A DNA stretch of 63,028 bases, counting the filler, from Aduncisulcus paluster (lineage: Eukaryota): NCBI GenBank assembly GCA_024181965.1. It is 5 parts of 5 records of this genome, joined end to end, with 100 filler letters (N's around TTAATTAATTAA, not from the genome) between each part and the next. Parts side by side here need not be neighbours in the genome. Positions count along the whole stretch, not along the records: positions 1 to 21,891 come from BQXS01012746.1; positions 21,992 to 35,490 come from BQXS01012749.1; 3 more parts are not named here. The stretch is one strand, 5' to 3'. The position numbers and the translations under genes were made by a program. Below are positions 12,750 through 24,649 of the stretch, one piece after another (positions within the stretch are counted from its first letter, which is position 1; each line of letters begins with the position of its first letter). The notes beneath the pieces are model-generated. The model ran no database searches. It was not told where the DNA came from and saw only the letters and a program-made list of their open reading frames with translations.

Positions 12750-12790
12750 NNNNNNNNNNNNNNNNNNNNTTTTTTAATTTATTATTACTT

Positions 12791-13125
12791 GGGGCGACTG
12801 ATTTGATATCAAACTCAGCTCAGCATGGAGCACTTCAATTACCTCCGTGCTGAGCAGGTCACGATGCTCGGTCTCTCTCTGCCAGAGCCGTGCTCAGGTA
12901 GGGAGCTGATGGAGAGATGTGTTCGTCGACATAGGGAGGCCAAGGATTCATTATTCCCTCGATTAATGTTGAGGCCAATCTATGAACAGCAGTGTTGTTT
13001 TGGACAGTATCTTCTTTTCGAGGGGAAGAGTATATGCGATTTATTCGTTTCCTGTCCAAATAGCACATGGCTAGTAAATGTAACTGATTGGCTTTAACTT
13101 GACGAGTTCAAATACTATGTTCAGA
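12791..13125 (+). ncRNA. candidate highly structured non-coding RNA of unknown family
   Basis: Multiple helices with G-U pairs that work only on the + strand: 12818-12830/12843-12855, 12875-12883/12897-12905, 12992-13007/13052-13066, 12972-12980/13086-13094. GC content is higher than the flanks. Confidence 0.55.
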
Positions 13126-13203
13126 AATATTAATCATCAAAATTATCAATTTATTAACAAAGGATTATTATTTTCTCGGTTGATTTAATATTTTTTCATA
13201 GAT

Positions 13204-13655
13204 CTATGAATTGTTTATTATGTGCCTTATCTCATGCTCAAGCTCACTATGAAACAACAAAATATCTTCTTCAGCAGATCCTTCGACATATAAGTGTAAT
13301 TTCCGCTCTCCTACGGTCTCTTCTTGCAAATATCGGCCACGAACGATGACACTGATATTGATCCTACCTTTTATCCTAGCAAGAGTGGATCTATTCGGAA
13401 TCTCAAGTCTAGCGGCCTTAGGAATATCATTTATCTCAATTTCTGCTGCGGCATTCAACTTTGAATATTGCTTTGCCGGTACAAAGTTACATTTGGTAAA
13501 AGGTTTGGTTTCTTCAGAGGTTATAGCCTCTGAACCAAATAAATTGACCGTAGCCATCCGTTTTGACTCTTCTCTTTCATCAAATAGATGACCACGGCCT
13601 CCAAAACCACTGTTATGTTTCTTAACAAGTCCCAACTTGAACTTGGCACTAAATA
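13204..13655 (-). CDS. C-terminal exon of a Prp5/DDX46-like DEAD-box helicase (GFGG motif plus KH-like domain); helicase core absent locally
   Basis: FSAKFKLGLVKKHNSGFGGRGHLFDEREE and EIEINDIPKAAR...VRGRY...GERKLHLYVEG match the Prp5/DDX46 C-terminus. Preceded by ACTAAT, a pyrimidine tract and CTAG. Confidence 0.7.
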
Positions 13656-14044
13656 CTAGTTCATTTGAATTGGAAATAAAAACAAAAGAGATTAGTGGGA
13701 TTATAAAATAAAAACAATTGACGTTCACGGATAATTGGAATAAAAAACTAGATTTGGACGGATTGAGTGTTATGGGGAAAACACAAGAAAAAAAGAAAAA
13801 TGGATTGAGAATATAATAAATAGGGTCAAAAATAAAAAATAAAGAAAATTAAAAATGACGATGGTAATCAAAAAACCATTTGAGATCAAAATATTGCCAA
13901 TCCGCTTATTTTAATGTTTTATTAAAAATTATTATGATTTCTGGTTTGTTCATTGTGTTTCATTTTTCTTTTGTAATGCAATAGTTGAGCGCTTGCGCAA
14001 ATTCAAATACATATTGCAACGTATATTTTTGTAACATAACCAAT

Positions 14045-17000
14045 ATGTTAAGCCGAAAACCGGCTCACATACCCGTAATTATTATTGTTTTATGTGCAGA
14101 ACCCGGGGCAGAACAGAAAACAGTATGTAAATTTCATAAAGTAGCGCAGATTTTCTAAATCGAATTATTTGTCTCTTATTTCCCATGTTTCTATTATTAT
14201 TTGTGTTTCTAATCAATATTAATCCTAATTTTAAACATTTAGAAAAATATTAGTGAAGCCCTTTCGTTTGAACTGGGTCTTCCATTAGTAGCTACCGAAG
14301 ATCTACTTCCTGAAGGAAATTCATATGATACAACTCCCGGTGAACTTCAAGTAATTCTTAGCAATCTATTATCCATGGAAACAAGTCCACTTTATGGAGC
14401 TGTTCGGGAGACAGGTGTTGTCCTCTCCGGTTTCCCATATACACCTTTTCAATTGGGATCATTGCTTGATACCGGGGCGATTCCAACACATGTAATTACA
14501 ATTTGTGATATATTTGGGGTTAATGCCCGCTCTAGAGAAGATGATCGTGCTCTTGCTTCAATTCCTCCCAATTGTCCCAAAGATCTTACAATTCGTGTGC
14601 GAAATGTCGTAGAAGATATAAAAGAAGCGATTCCATCGATTGTTTGTTGTGATATCGATCGCCGCCTTCCGGTTGTTGATGCCGTTAACAAGATTCTCTG
14701 TGAATCCATTGACATCACCCTTCAGACTCCACTGGCTCAAGCAGTGGAGATATTTATGGAAAAAAAGAAGAAAGAATCCAAACTCAAGCCAATTGATGAG
14801 ACAGAAACGGAAGAAGAACGATTGGATAAGGAAGCTCGTTTTGACTCTCTTGTTCCGGACCCCCCTCTTTCTGAAGTACTCAATCGTGCCTCCAGCCGTG
14901 TGCGTGATTCCATATCGACACGAATGATCTGGTATGAAGCCATGAAACAACGCAAACGCTCCGATGAGGCTGATGCATCCTGCGGTGCTCTCTGCAGTAG
15001 CGACGCTGCCATCACGGACTGGCTCCAAGAGAAAGACATTCGCAGATTAGTCAAAAAGGAAAAGAACAGGAGGAAAAAAGCTATTCGTGCTGCCATTCGT
15101 GCAGAGAAGATCAAAAAAGGGATTGACGTTGAAGAAGAGGAAGAAGAGGACCCCATTGATGAAGAAGGAGAGGAAGAAGAAGATAAGGAAGCTCGTTTTG
15201 ACTCTCTTGTTCCGGACCCCCCTCTTTCTGAAGTACTCAATCGTGCCTCCAGCCGTGTGCGTGATTCCATATCGACACGAATGATCTGGTATGAAGCCAT
15301 GAAACAACGCAAACGCTCCGATGAGGCTGATGCATCCTGCGGTGCTCTCTGCAGTAGCGACGCTGCCATCACGGACTGGCTCCAAGAGAAAGACATTCGC
15401 AGATTAGTCAAAAAGGAAAAGAACAGGAGGAAAAAAGCTATTCGTGCTGCCATTCGTGCAGAGAAGATCAAAAAAGGGATTGACGTTGAAGAAGAGGAAG
15501 AAGAGGACCCCATTGATGAAGAAGGAGAGGAAGAAGAAGAGGAGGAAGAGGAAATGGAGGAGGACGATGATGAAGACGAAGATGAAGAAGAAGAAGGCGA
15601 AGAGAAAGATTTCTTCCAGCAACAAAAGTACAAGGCTGCAAAATCCAATATTCAAAAAAGACTCAAGATTGCTAAGAAAATTGGGAAATATAAAAGGCAA
15701 TACATTGAAGCTACCAAGGGATGCCTTGCTAAATACTCTCATGTAACTTCAGTTGATGAGAAATACGAGCGTCTGTGCCATTTTTCAGCTTGTCTCTCCA
15801 CTCTAGGTCGTGCATGTCCTGTCGTGCTTGCTCGTGAGGGACGTGTAGCAGCTGGACGGACTCTCTTTCCTGTTCTGTTCGATTCCTTTGTGTATCTCTG
15901 TTCATCTCGCCAGCACCGGCGTAGATTCATTGCCCAGCCTCGGTATTTCCTCAATCAATGTATGAGGAGAATAAGTGGACGTCAAGATACCTCCTGTGCG
16001 GTAGATATGTTGCAGACAAAGCTTTCGATTACCTCTTCCAGAACTATATTTATCCTTATTCCTCCTTTTCTCAAACATATCCAGCAACATTTGTATAACT
16101 CAGAGAGACACAACACAGGAATGTGGATGGGATTCAGACGTAGGGTCCATGAAACCTTAGATGAGTTGAAGCAGCGCATTGATGCATGGGTTATGAAAGC
16201 AAATGAAGAGTATGACAAATACAAGACATATATTCAAGGGCTTGAGTTGAGCGATGAAGAAAAACAAGCTTTTATATCCGCTATCAAAATACCCACCGCC
16301 GAAGAGATATTGTCGAAGCTGAATGCAAGAGATATTGAGAGTGCAGTGACATCTGCTAACGGATTGCCAATGACGAAAGGAGATGCAGAAGCCTGGCAAC
16401 AAGAGTTGGATGCGAAAGAGAGAGAGAAAGAGAAGGGAAAAGAAGAAGCTGAAGAAGAAGAGGAAGAAGAAGAGGAAGAAGAAGAGGAAGAAGAAGAGGA
16501 AGAAGACGTGAAAGGAGATGTGAAAGGAGATGAAGATCAACCTTTCATTTCCTCCTCTCCCCCATATCCTTCCCTTGTTCGCTCCATCTGCGATGAATTT
16601 AGAAAACTCTCTGTATATGAGGATATTCATCACGAATCCTTAATTCACATCCATCGTGAAGATCTATCTGAATGTCTTTTGCAAGATGAGGAGAGAAGAG
16701 AAGAGTGGAGGAAAGAACAAGAATCATCAGAGAATTCTACTGAACCAGGTTCCATTGAAGCGACACAAGAGAGTGAACAAAAAGAAGAGGGTGAACAAAA
16801 AGAAGGAGATGCCGGCAATAATACTGATAAGGTTGATATTGCTGATGTGACAGCTGATCCACTAGCCGCTGGGATAACCTCTCCTCGTTCTCAACCATTG
16901 CCAACTCCCGTATCATTCGTGTTACCCCCCACACCCTCTTCACGAGTGTCTTTGTTTGACGTCAGTGACATTGACGATTGGACAGAGAGTAACGTAATGG

Positions 17001-20000
17001 ATCTTGCGTATACATTAAGGAAATGTAACGCAAGGATGAAGATTGTAGTTGGTTTCCCAATGCCCGCAGACCATGAACTTCACGATGAGATGAGTGTAGG
17101 TTCTATTCCACTTAAGATAGCACTTGGTGTGAAAGATGAATCAGTATGGCAACAACAGATGAAAGAAGAGAGGGACAGAGTTGCTGAGATCCTTCGTCTC
17201 AAGGCTGAGGAAGAACGTAGAAGAATCGAGGAAGAACGTAGAAGAATCGAAGAGGAGAGGAAAGCTGAAGAGGAGAGAAAAGCTGAGGAAGCAAGAAAAC
17301 TCAAGGAACTCAAGAAACTCAAGAAGCTCGAAAATGGCGAAGAAGAAGAAGAAGAAGAAGAAGAAGAGGAAGAGAAGCAAGAAGAGGAAGAGGAAAAAGA
17401 AGAAGAGGAAGAGGAAAAAGAAGAAGAAGAAGAGGAAGAAGGAGAGAAAGAAGAGGAAAAGAAACCCAAATCTCCAAAAGAACTCTTGGACGAATCCTTC
17501 CCCAAAAATTGTCTATTTCCCCCCAGGTTTCCTCCAACATATCCTCCAGTTGATCTCTCATCATCCTCTTCGATGTCATCTTCTTCGATGACTGATTCTT
17601 CTGATGCCATTCAACCAATTGTTAAAACCCCCTTGAGTAGTCTGTTCGCTTCATCTCCTTCATTCACCCTCGCATCTTCATTGATGTTTTTCTTATCCCA
17701 TTCAAGTTCCCATGGTTCTACTGAAGCATCCATTCCCTCTCATCTCTCTCTGCCTCCTTCTATTCTGAGTTATTATCGTACAATGCTCCAGATGACCTCC
17801 GAGGAAGATGTTTCTACTATATTGTGTCCGTCTGACCCCATCAAACTCCTCCCTCCTTCGTTATTCTCTCCATCCCATCCTTTGTTCTCTCTCCCACCGT
17901 GTGAAGTGAGTGAGTTCCTGGTACTCGGAGGACGTCTTAATCCAATCATTGGTGTGAATGTTGCCCAGGAATTACGTGAAGGGAAAGAGGAGGAGGAACT
18001 CAGACGAGCTCAGAGAGTTATCGAACGAGAGAAAGAATACGCAAAACTGGATAAAAAGGAAAAGAAAATCAAGAAAATGAAAGGGAAAAAGAAGAGGCAA
18101 GCAGCTTTGGAAGAAGTTGAGAGAGCTCGTGCCCTATTGGACGCAGAGAAGGAAATTGTTGTCCCTGGATTAATTATTGAAGAGAACATGGAGGAAAAGA
18201 TTGAGTCTAGGCGAAAAGCACTATGGAAAGAAAGACGAGAGGATGAGCGTATTCGCAGAGGTGAGAAGAAAAAGAAAGCTGCTGCTGTTGAGGAAGAGGA
18301 AGATGAAGAGGGAGATGACGATGAAGCCCAAGATGAAGAAGCTGAGGAAGTTGCAGAGGAAGAGGAAGAAGATCCCGAAGTTGTCAGACAGAAATATGTA
18401 TCTTCTCTCCTCTCTTCGTCTCCTCTTCACCCTTTAGGTTCTTTTACTCTCTCTACGCCCGCAGTAATGAATGCTCTCGCAGCTATACGTGCTGTTAATA
18501 ACTCAGTTCTATCAAGATTCTTGCCTATCTCTCTTGTTCAACCTTCTCAACAACAGTTAAACACCCCTGTTGGAAAACCTGCCCTCCCTGACGAATTTTC
18601 TTTCACTCTGCTTGATGCCGATCTCGTTGGCGGAAAGCTTGAGAAAGTTGGGAAGCTATCTGGAGAAGAGGAAGAAGAAGAGGAGGAAGAGGAAAAAGAA
18701 GAAGAAGAAGAAGAAGAGGAGGAGGAGGAGGAAGAAGGAGATGAGGAAGAAGGTGCGAAGAAACCCAAGAAGAAGAAAAAGATAAAAGTTAAACCTTTTG
18801 TCTTTCCAATTTTCCCTGCTCTCCCATCTGTTACTCTCCCAACCAGTTTTAACATTGAGTCTTCAAATAACCTGTTTTCCGATCTCCTCCGTGGTGTTTG
18901 CTTCGGAATTTGTGGTGTAGAACTTCAGTTTATAACCACTCCTCGTACTTTGCTTCCAGGTGAGTCCAGGACTGGAGATATTGATACCTGTCGTATGCAC
19001 AATAAGGTTTATATAGATTCCATTGAAGTACAAGAGAAGGACGCAAAGAAACTCATTAAGGGTATTGTTAAGGAAGAGAAACAGATTGGCAAGATTCTTG
19101 CTCTTGCTGCTATCAAGAAAAAGAAGAAGAAGAAGAAGAAGAGAGATGAAGAAGAAGATGAGGAGGAAGAAGATGAGGAAGAGGAGGAAGAAGAGGAGGA
19201 AGAAGAAGAAGAGGAGGAAGAAGAAGGACCTAAAGATCCATTGTTCTCCCAATATATTGGAGCATTTGACCTATATAAAATGCTCAAGATAGAACGCCCG
19301 GGAAGAAGAAGAAGAGGAGATGCCTGAAGACGGTGAGAGTGTGACAACATTGGCACCCTTAAAACGGGTGGAATGGCCTTCGTATATGCAAATTGAGGAA
19401 GAAGGAGAAGACGACGAAGACGAGGAAGAAGAAGGAGATGATGAGGAAGAAGAGGAAGCCAATAAGTTCAAGCCACAATCTCACTTAACTCAGCCATACC
19501 TGACAACTATGTCTTTTGCAACTGCTATTCTTTCTTCACATTTCCCCTTGTATTCCACTTTCTCCGAATACTTTGGAACCTCTGATCCTGTTCTTTTGCA
19601 TGACTATAATCTTACTGTGAGGGGAGATGCTAGAAATGTCGTTGTTTATCATGGAGAAAAGTACTCTTTCCGTTCAAAAGCCAGTCTTGATAGATTCCTC
19701 GAAAAGCCTGATTTTTATTGCACTCCCCCAATCGTTCACCCAACCCCCATAATTCGTCTTGCCGTGCAATGTGAAGACAGCTCGACAGCTCTCGATATGG
19801 CTTACCAGATCCAGAATTATATCGTTTCTCTTGCTAAATCTTCTCAAGAATCTAAATATAGACATATTACTGATGTAGACGATGTATATTGTTCAATTAG
19901 CGGGTATTCTTCCGTGAAATGTGACAATAATAGCAAGGAAGACACCCTTAAATCTGTTCTAAAACGCTCTTTAAAGAACCAACAAAAGGCTTCTCACATT

Positions 20001-21891
20001 ACCTCAAATCAAATGAGTTCACTGAACACTTTGTTGAAATCGTTTGCTCTTCCCTCGCATATATCTTTGAATTCTATTGTAATCTTTCAAAGAAATCAGA
20101 ACGAGTGTCCTTCATCATTCTCCCAAAGATTGGAGGAGTATATTAAACTTGAAAAGGCCAATATTAGCATCATTATACTAGTCAACCCACTAGAGACAGA
20201 AAGGGATGACACTGTCGGCACTGACATGCAATTCATTCTTAATTTGTCTGAGGCTGAGGTGTTTCGACTTATGCATGGCGAAGAAAAGAAGAAATCTGGC
20301 GAAATAGAAGATGTCAATGAAGAAGAAGAGGCTGAGGATGATGATGAAGAAGAGGAAGGGGCTGTTAAGAAGCTTCCCACTGAGCTAACAATAGATGACG
20401 ATGACATGATGACCATTGATGAGAGAGATTATGCTGATTCTACCGATTGCATGTACCTCCTTGATTCTGAACTCTGGGTGCTCCGTTATGTTGACGTCAG
20501 AGGTGCTACAAAGAAGCCAGAAGGCGAAGAGGAGGAAGAGGAAATGGAGGAGGACGATGNNNNNNNNNNNNNNNNNNNNTTGTCTGAGGCTGAGGTGTTT
20601 CGACTTATGCATGGCGAAGAAAAGAAGAAATCTGGCGAAATAGAAGATGTCAATGAAGAAGAAGAGGCTGAGGATGATGATGAAGAAGAGGAAGGGGCTG
20701 TTAAGAAGCTTCCCACTGAGCTAACAATAGATGACGATGACATGATGACCATTGATGAGAGAGATTATGCTGATTCTACCGATTGCATGTACCTCCTTGA
20801 TTCTGAACTCTGGGTGCTCCGTTATGTTGACGTCAGAGGTGCTACAAAGAAGCCAGAAGGCGAAGAGGAGGAAGAAGAAGAAGAAGAGAAGCAAGAGGAA
20901 GAGGAGGAAGAAGAAGAAGATGACGCAGAAGAAGAGGAAGATGGTGAGGCTGCTAAAGCCAAGCGTGAGGCCAAGATGGCAAGGAAAAGGGCCAGGGCTG
21001 AAGAAAAAGAACGCCAGATCCTTGAGGCTGCCCTTGAAAAGACTAGGATGGTTAAACAAGAAGCTGATCTCTTAGAAATGAGAGAATTACGTGAACAGTT
21101 TGGTTATATGAAATCTATTCTCCTTTCATCGCTTGATAGTCGAGTGATTGATTGTAAGTGTATCTGGGTGTGTGAAAATGATGCTGCTGAGCTCGAAACC
21201 CATGTTGATTCCACGTTTGGACGTTATTCCAAGACTGTAGAAGTCTGTGCCAAAGATAAATTCATGGGTGTTAGTATTTCATCTGTATTGTCTTATAATT
21301 CTATTCCTACCAATCTTCGTGTATCTCTCCACCATCTTTTGTCCCTTAACATTTCACGTGTTTTCTTGAGCTCTGAGACGGGAGGTTTCTTCTTACAATC
21401 CCCTACTCGCTCTGGGATGATACTTTCTATTGAACATGGGTCTTCTCTCTTGCGTTGTGTTGACCATGCAAAGCTTAACCTTTCTGCGTGGGGTGGGATA
21501 TGTTGTGTTGAAAATGTTGAGAGGAAGCGAGGATTCCAAGTCACATCGTCTCTGTGTAACACTTCTTTCTCGGATTCCCTTGTTGTGTGCAAGAAGGAAC
21601 AAAAGAAGAAACGAGATCACGAACAAAAGGGATGGAAAGGGGAATGGACGGAGAAGATTGAAGCCACTGGTGAAGAAGAAGAAGAAGAAGAGGAGGAGGA
21701 AGGGGAAGATATTGAAAATGCTGAGGAAGAGGAAGAGGAAGAGGAAGAGGAAGAAGAAGAAGGAGAAGAAGAGGAAGGAAATCTTGGTATGTTTGCAAAA
21801 TATTTGCGTAAACATCCTAAATATGGTCAAGAAAAGTTATCTTCCAAGATCAAGAAGGTCAAGTTCTCAGTTCCATCGATTATGCACGGTA
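14045..21891 (+). CDS. very large acidic adenylate kinase 9-like / YHS-domain protein (probably axonemal), 3'-partial; exon 1 14045-14122, exon 2 from 14243; +1 frameshift near 19300
   Basis: Phase-0 intron 14123-14242 (GTATGT...CTAAT...TTTAG). Degenerate P-loop IIVLCAEPGAEQKT and GVVLSGFP. Two YHS-like motifs (CPVVLAREG...FIAQPRYF; DPVLLHD...YHGEKYSFRSKASLDRFLEKPDFY). Runs into a contig linker. Confidence 0.65.
14825..15538 (+). repeat. perfect in-frame 357-nt tandem duplication
   Basis: 14825-15181 is repeated at 15182-15538 (119 aa). Confidence 0.9.
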
Positions 21892-21991
21892 NNNNNNNNN
21901 NNNNNNNNNNNNNNNNNNNNNNNNNNNNNNNNNNNTTAATTAATTAANNNNNNNNNNNNNNNNNNNNNNNNNNNNNNNNNNNNNNNNNNNN
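21892..21991. other. artificial contig linker N44-TTAATTAATTAA-N44
   Basis: Identical 100-nt spacer with stops in all six frames, seen four times in the window. Confidence 0.95.
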
Positions 21992-22585
21992 CTAAGAGAA
22001 ACTAAAAATAGCTTGTTTGAGGGTGAAGAAAATGGAAGAACTGTTGCAGAATCATCTTTGGATATAAGGAAATTATTCTTTTCTTCGACGTGCTCTCGAT
22101 TCGAATCAGGATGTTCTTCGGCCACAAGTGATACCCTTTATTCTGAAAATACTATTGGGATTCTCGGATCTTTGTTGGACAAGTCATACGTCACTGCCAT
22201 TACTCTTTCTCAATATCATTCTATTTATAGTGTGGGCGGTAGCGAAGACATTGATATCATTGCCGATTCGTATCCGTATTGGTTCCTGAATAATGTTGTG
22301 CCATATGACGTTATTGGTGGTTCTTCGAGAGTGATTGCTTTGATCTATGATCACATTCTTGATCAGCAAGTATCTCTTTGGGTTATTATTGTCGTTTCAA
22401 TCGTATTGGTATCTCTATTCCTGAATTTTGTGTTGATTTACGCTGCTTTATCGGTGTATCCAACCATTGAAGAACAACGGGCTATTATTTTGCTTTTATG
22501 GAGGCATATTCCAATCAAAAAGATACCTTCCGAGCATATATTGTTGTACCAATTGCTTACAAAAAATGCAATGGAAAGGTCATAA
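21992..22585 (+). CDS. C-terminal fragment of a membrane protein (TmcB-like C-terminus), 5'-partial
   Basis: Frame open from the contig edge. A TM helix is followed by IILLLWRHIP, similar to the ends of TmcB/PAS-type protist membrane proteins. Confidence 0.45.
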   Translation, partial: LRETKNSLFEGEENGRTVAESSLDIRKLFFSSTCSRFESGCSSATSDTLYSENTIGILGSLLDKSYVTAITLSQYHSIYSVGGSEDIDIIADSYPYWFLNNVVPYDVIGGSSRVIALIYDHILDQQVSLWVIIVVSIVLVSLFLNFVLIYAALSVYPTIEEQRAIILLLWRHIPIKKIPSEHILLYQLLTKNAMERS

Positions 22586-23124
22586 TAATTATTACAAACA
22601 GGTTTAAATGTAAATTGATGATATTTTTATTGCTATGGTTTTGATTTTTTTGACAAGAGTTCAAAGGAGACCATCTATTGTGGGAAAACATGGGATATAT
22701 CGTTATAGTAGTACAGTTAAATATAAGATTATGATATTTATATTCCATAAATAAAATACTAGATATTCATTTCTGTACAAACTTGAAACAACAGAGTTCT
22801 ATGAGTAATGGTCTCCTTTTTGAGTAGTATTACAACGGTATGCTATGATATACTGGTAGAATAGTATATTATCTACCCTTTTAATGCTTTAATCCGCGAG
22901 AAATAGATCAAATTGATGTATAAACAGAACGGAAAAGTAAAAATGAAGAAAAATAATTAATTTTTCGATAAGAGATGATTTTTAGTTCATGACGTAATTT
23001 TTTGGAGATAGAAAACTATGTTAATCAACTGCAACTTCTTGATGTCGTTTTCTTCGATAGAGTTATATTACTCTATAATTAATGGCGAAATTTTGTTCTA
23101 AATGTCAAAGAATCAGACGATGAT

Positions 23125-24270
23125 GTGATATTAAATGGAAATGGTGAAATTGACCCACATTCGGGGGTTGTGTTTCTTAAACACCATATGTCATTTAGTT
23201 TCCTTATGTTTATTCTGGCTGGATCTTTACCCCCAATCCAGAAAAAACAGATTAAAATTGATATTTTCGCACCGATTATATTTTTTCTTGCTTTATTTTT
23301 AGGACTGGTTGGCATTGTCGAACTCGAGTATTCGTGGTGGAAAGGTCTTCTTGAAATCCTTGGTGGGGTCATTTTGATTGGTTTTGGAATATTATGGGAA
23401 TATTTTTGTGACTTTCCTTGCTTGCCTGTTCCATTTATTCTATTTCGACCTTGTCTTTCGTCTCTGGTTGGGGCTTTTATAACTTTTACAGCTCAAGCTT
23501 GTTGTTTTTATCAAGTTCCTCAACTTCTCCAATTTTCATATGGTATTTCCCCATTTTCTGTTGGATTAGGGTTCGTTCCAGTCACATTTTGCATGATTAT
23601 TGGCTGGGCCATAAGTTCGATTATTCTAAGAAAATATATCAATTTATATCATCGACTTATTAGTATTTTGGGGCACAGTTTGTTCTTGTTTTGTATGGCT
23701 GCTGTGACTCAAATTAGTGGTATATTTTTAATCATTATGATGTCATTCGTGTGTCTATTTTTAGCAATATTTCAGGTTTCAAACCTTCAATATATTTTTA
23801 GATCTGCTCCTCAAAATGTCAAATGCTTGGCCTTTGGAGTTGTTAGGGGTGCTCAAGAGCTTGGGTTTGCATATGGGACCGCTCTTTCCGTTTGTATTCA
23901 AGATATTATTCTCAACAATCGAAGTACAGATGACAATATTAAAGTGGGAGATGTTATAAGTGTCTCTTCTGACGATTTTGCACAATCGAGTATGGTAATT
24001 TACTTCTTTATGGGTATTATTTCCCTATTTTCGTTGCTGAGTATGATTATTTCTCCTTATTTTTGCCACGAAATTGATTTGAAAGGTTATCCTGAGGATC
24101 AATTAGCTGAAAATAATACCAATCCAAAGGTAAATATGATTTATCTTGAGACAAATGCAAGGAAATATTATGGCAATATGGGTATCGTTAAACCTTTGCT
24201 CGATGATGGCTCTAATACGAGATATTCTCTTGATATCAGTGAAATATCTTTTGGTTCTGATTCAATTTAA
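23125..24270 (+). CDS. major facilitator superfamily (DHA2-like) transporter, apparently lacking its N-terminal part
   Basis: About 8-9 hydrophobic helices; PQLLQFSYGISPFSVGL and APQNVKCLAFGV...QELGFAYGTAL motifs. In-frame stop at 23080-23082; first ATG at 23188. Confidence 0.7.
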   Translation: MILNGNGEIDPHSGVVFLKHHMSFSFLMFILAGSLPPIQKKQIKIDIFAPIIFFLALFLGLVGIVELEYSWWKGLLEILGGVILIGFGILWEYFCDFPCLPVPFILFRPCLSSLVGAFITFTAQACCFYQVPQLLQFSYGISPFSVGLGFVPVTFCMIIGWAISSIILRKYINLYHRLISILGHSLFLFCMAAVTQISGIFLIIMMSFVCLFLAIFQVSNLQYIFRSAPQNVKCLAFGVVRGAQELGFAYGTALSVCIQDIILNNRSTDDNIKVGDVISVSSDDFAQSSMVIYFFMGIISLFSLLSMIISPYFCHEIDLKGYPEDQLAENNTNPKVNMIYLETNARKYYGNMGIVKPLLDDGSNTRYSLDISEISFGSDSI

Positions 24271-24649
24271 GCTCATTGATTTCAATTGGCAATCAATTAT
24301 TTTAAAATTATATTTTATTTTTACGCATGTTTTTTTTTTTAATTTCGTTTGATTATATTCGATCTAAATAGATTTTCCCATTCTTATTGATCTATTTTTA
24401 GGTCTGAGTATACTCAAATTTTGTATCTTGATTTATTTAAATATTCCACTTATTTGGTTTTTATTTACTTATGTTTTTATCTCCACCTTTCAATCCTTTA
24501 AATCCAATCATTGGATTCCATAATTTCAATCCATATTCAGAATCCATTAAAATTAACTTATTGTGACATAACTTATGCCATCAAGCCAAAGAAGAATAAA
24601 GATCTGAAAAAAAGATGATGGGAAGTTTCTCATTTCCAAAAATAGATAT

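Noticed and set aside
12825..13097. 90-aa ORF (and its copy at 12429-12710), faintly URM1-like at LVNVTDW
   Set aside because: No C-terminal GG and no other similarity; the sequence is better explained by RNA structure.
13988..14000. GCTTGCGCA resembling the U4 snRNA 5' end
   Set aside because: No downstream U4 kink-turn, U6-pairing region or Sm site.
14825..15538. 357-nt perfect tandem duplication as a biological repeat
   Set aside because: Same size class as the artefactual overlaps and bounded by a GAA tract. Probably an assembly artefact, though not provable here.
20244..20870. Internal duplication in the AK9-like gene
   Set aside because: Flanks a 20-N gap. The first copy ends with sequence matching ~15540-15570 (GAGGAAATGGAGGAGGACGATG), which indicates mis-extension through GAA/GAG repeats.
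21936..21947. TTAATTAATTAA palindrome recurring four times
   Set aside because: Always centred in a 100-nt N spacer, so it is an artificial linker. Gene adjacency across these points is meaningless.
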